From a virus, in the IMG/VR virus record IMGVR_UViG_3300045988_096562: a stretch of DNA of 42,663 bases. One strand, written 5' to 3'. Each line of letters starts with the position of its first letter. Position 1 is the stretch's first letter. This document shows, in pieces, positions 42,046 through 42,663 of the stretch. The translations under genes were made by a program, and so were the position numbers. Under the pieces are notes generated by a model. It saw nothing but the letters and a program-made list of their open reading frames with translations, was not told the DNA's origin and did no database searches.

Positions 42046-42088
42046 AAAGACCTTACTGGGAATATGTCCTGGTAAGGTCTTTTTTTTG
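42046..42088 (+). terminator. Intrinsic terminator ending the late/lysis operon
   Basis: Stem aaagaccttac/gtaaggtcttt followed by an 8-T run. Confidence 0.8.
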
Positions 42089-42157
42089 TTTATAAGTAGT
42101 AATTGCAGATAAGGTAAAAATATGGTGTAATTAGGGTAATAATAGGAGGTGGGAGTA

Positions 42158-42475
42158 ATGCTGAAAGTATTTAACAAAGACCCACATTTTATGAGGGACG
42201 CAGTAATCGTAGATAGCTACGAAGCTGCATGGGATATAATATGCTCCATGCAGCAGAGGCTAGGTAAGGGCATCCTTACTGCAGGTAGGGAGACATGGGA
42301 GGACCTTAGATTGTCCGAGCATTTCCCAAATTTTGTTTGGGCTGACGGTGTAAAGGCGGTCTACATTAATAGCGATAAAACTTTAATAATTCCTGCTCCG
42401 TCAAAGTATAATCGCGCCAACGTTTTAAAGCTCATCAAGTTTTTCGGACTCCACTATTCTGTCCGAGAAATATAA
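42158..42475 (+). CDS. Hypothetical 105-aa moron protein next to attP
   Basis: ATG 8 nt after AGGAGG. It lies downstream of the late terminator and upstream of the att arm repeats. No motif recognised. Confidence 0.7.
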   Translation: MLKVFNKDPHFMRDAVIVDSYEAAWDIICSMQQRLGKGILTAGRETWEDLRLSEHFPNFVWADGVKAVYINSDKTLIIPAPSKYNRANVLKLIKFFGLHYSVREI

Positions 42476-42482
42476 ATGCATA

Positions 42483-42503
42483 TTTGACATCATTTTGACA
42501 TCA
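42483..42503 (+). promoter_or_regulatory. Tandem TTGACATCA pair (P arm); candidate integrase arm-type sites
   Basis: tttgacatcattttgacatca is identical to 194-214, in the same orientation, about 40 nt before the terminal repeat. Confidence 0.55.
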
Positions 42504-42544
42504 AGTTATGTAAAAATATAGTGATATATAAATAGATATATTGT

Positions 42545-42663
42545 CAATTAAGTTAGATAATTGCTGTATTTATTGATTTTGTGTGTGCCTTTTAAATGCC
42601 ACGCCATCTTGAGGGGGTGGTGAGCTAACGCTCGTGCGGGTTCAAGTCCCGCCAACCGCACCA
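42545..42663. repeat. Terminal direct repeat, copy 2 (identical to 1..119)
   Basis: Read directly; see copy 1. Confidence 0.95.
42598..42663 (+). tRNA. Second copy of the 3' partial tRNA-Leu(GAG)-like fragment
   Basis: Same sequence as 54-119. It is the same locus if the molecule is circular. Confidence 0.6.

Noticed and set aside
1-42663. CRISPR array, transposon/IS element, retron or diversity-generating retroelement
   Set aside because: There are no regularly spaced direct repeats with unique spacers and no transposase or reverse-transcriptase-like ORF. There is no template/variable repeat pair near the fibre genes. The only recombinase is the attP-linked tyrosine integrase.

Overview
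The window is one complete temperate phage genome. Its first and last 119 nt are identical, so the unique length is 42,544 bp. It is opened at the attachment region, not at the packaging site. The repeat carries the 3' two-thirds of a tRNA-Leu(GAG)-like gene but no 5' half. I therefore read it as attP of a circular or terminally redundant assembly, not as attL/attR of an integrated prophage. Gene order is modular. (1) A leftward lysogeny block holds the tyrosine integrase, a GHKL-ATPase/STAS-like fusion protein, a lipoprotein, an ImmA-like metalloprotease and an XRE repressor. (2) A divergent Cro-like switch with TTACGG palindromic operators follows. (3) The rightward early region holds an excisionase-like HTH, tiny membrane peptides and acidic proteins. 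It continues with a PcfJ-like protein, a Rad50/SbcC-like ATPase, a Bro-N/KilAC antirepressor, RecT and an MBL nuclease-like protein. It ends with a replication initiator with internal iterons, a DnaC-like loader and RusA. (4) An ArpU/RinA-like late regulator is followed by a promoter, leader and terminator unit and a long structured leader. (5) The lambda-like head module holds Nu1-like TerS, GpA TerL, gpW, portal, protease/scaffold, gpD-like decoration protein, E-family capsid protein, and FII- and Z-like proteins. It is interrupted by an orphan type I-like methyltransferase plus a half-size HsdS. (6) The P2/Mu-like contractile tail and baseplate follow, with an accessory fibre locus holding a collagen-like protein and a BspA-type LRR protein. 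(7) The lysis cassette holds a holin, a GH25 muramidase and spanin-like coiled-coil genes. (8) One terminal moron lies next to attP. The most promising undescribed element is the single 427-aa STAS-like / GHKL / STAS-like (DUF4325-like) protein next to the integrase. No CRISPR array, transposon, reverse transcriptase or complete tRNA or rRNA gene was seen. All functional calls rest on motifs and gene order read by eye; no database search was run.
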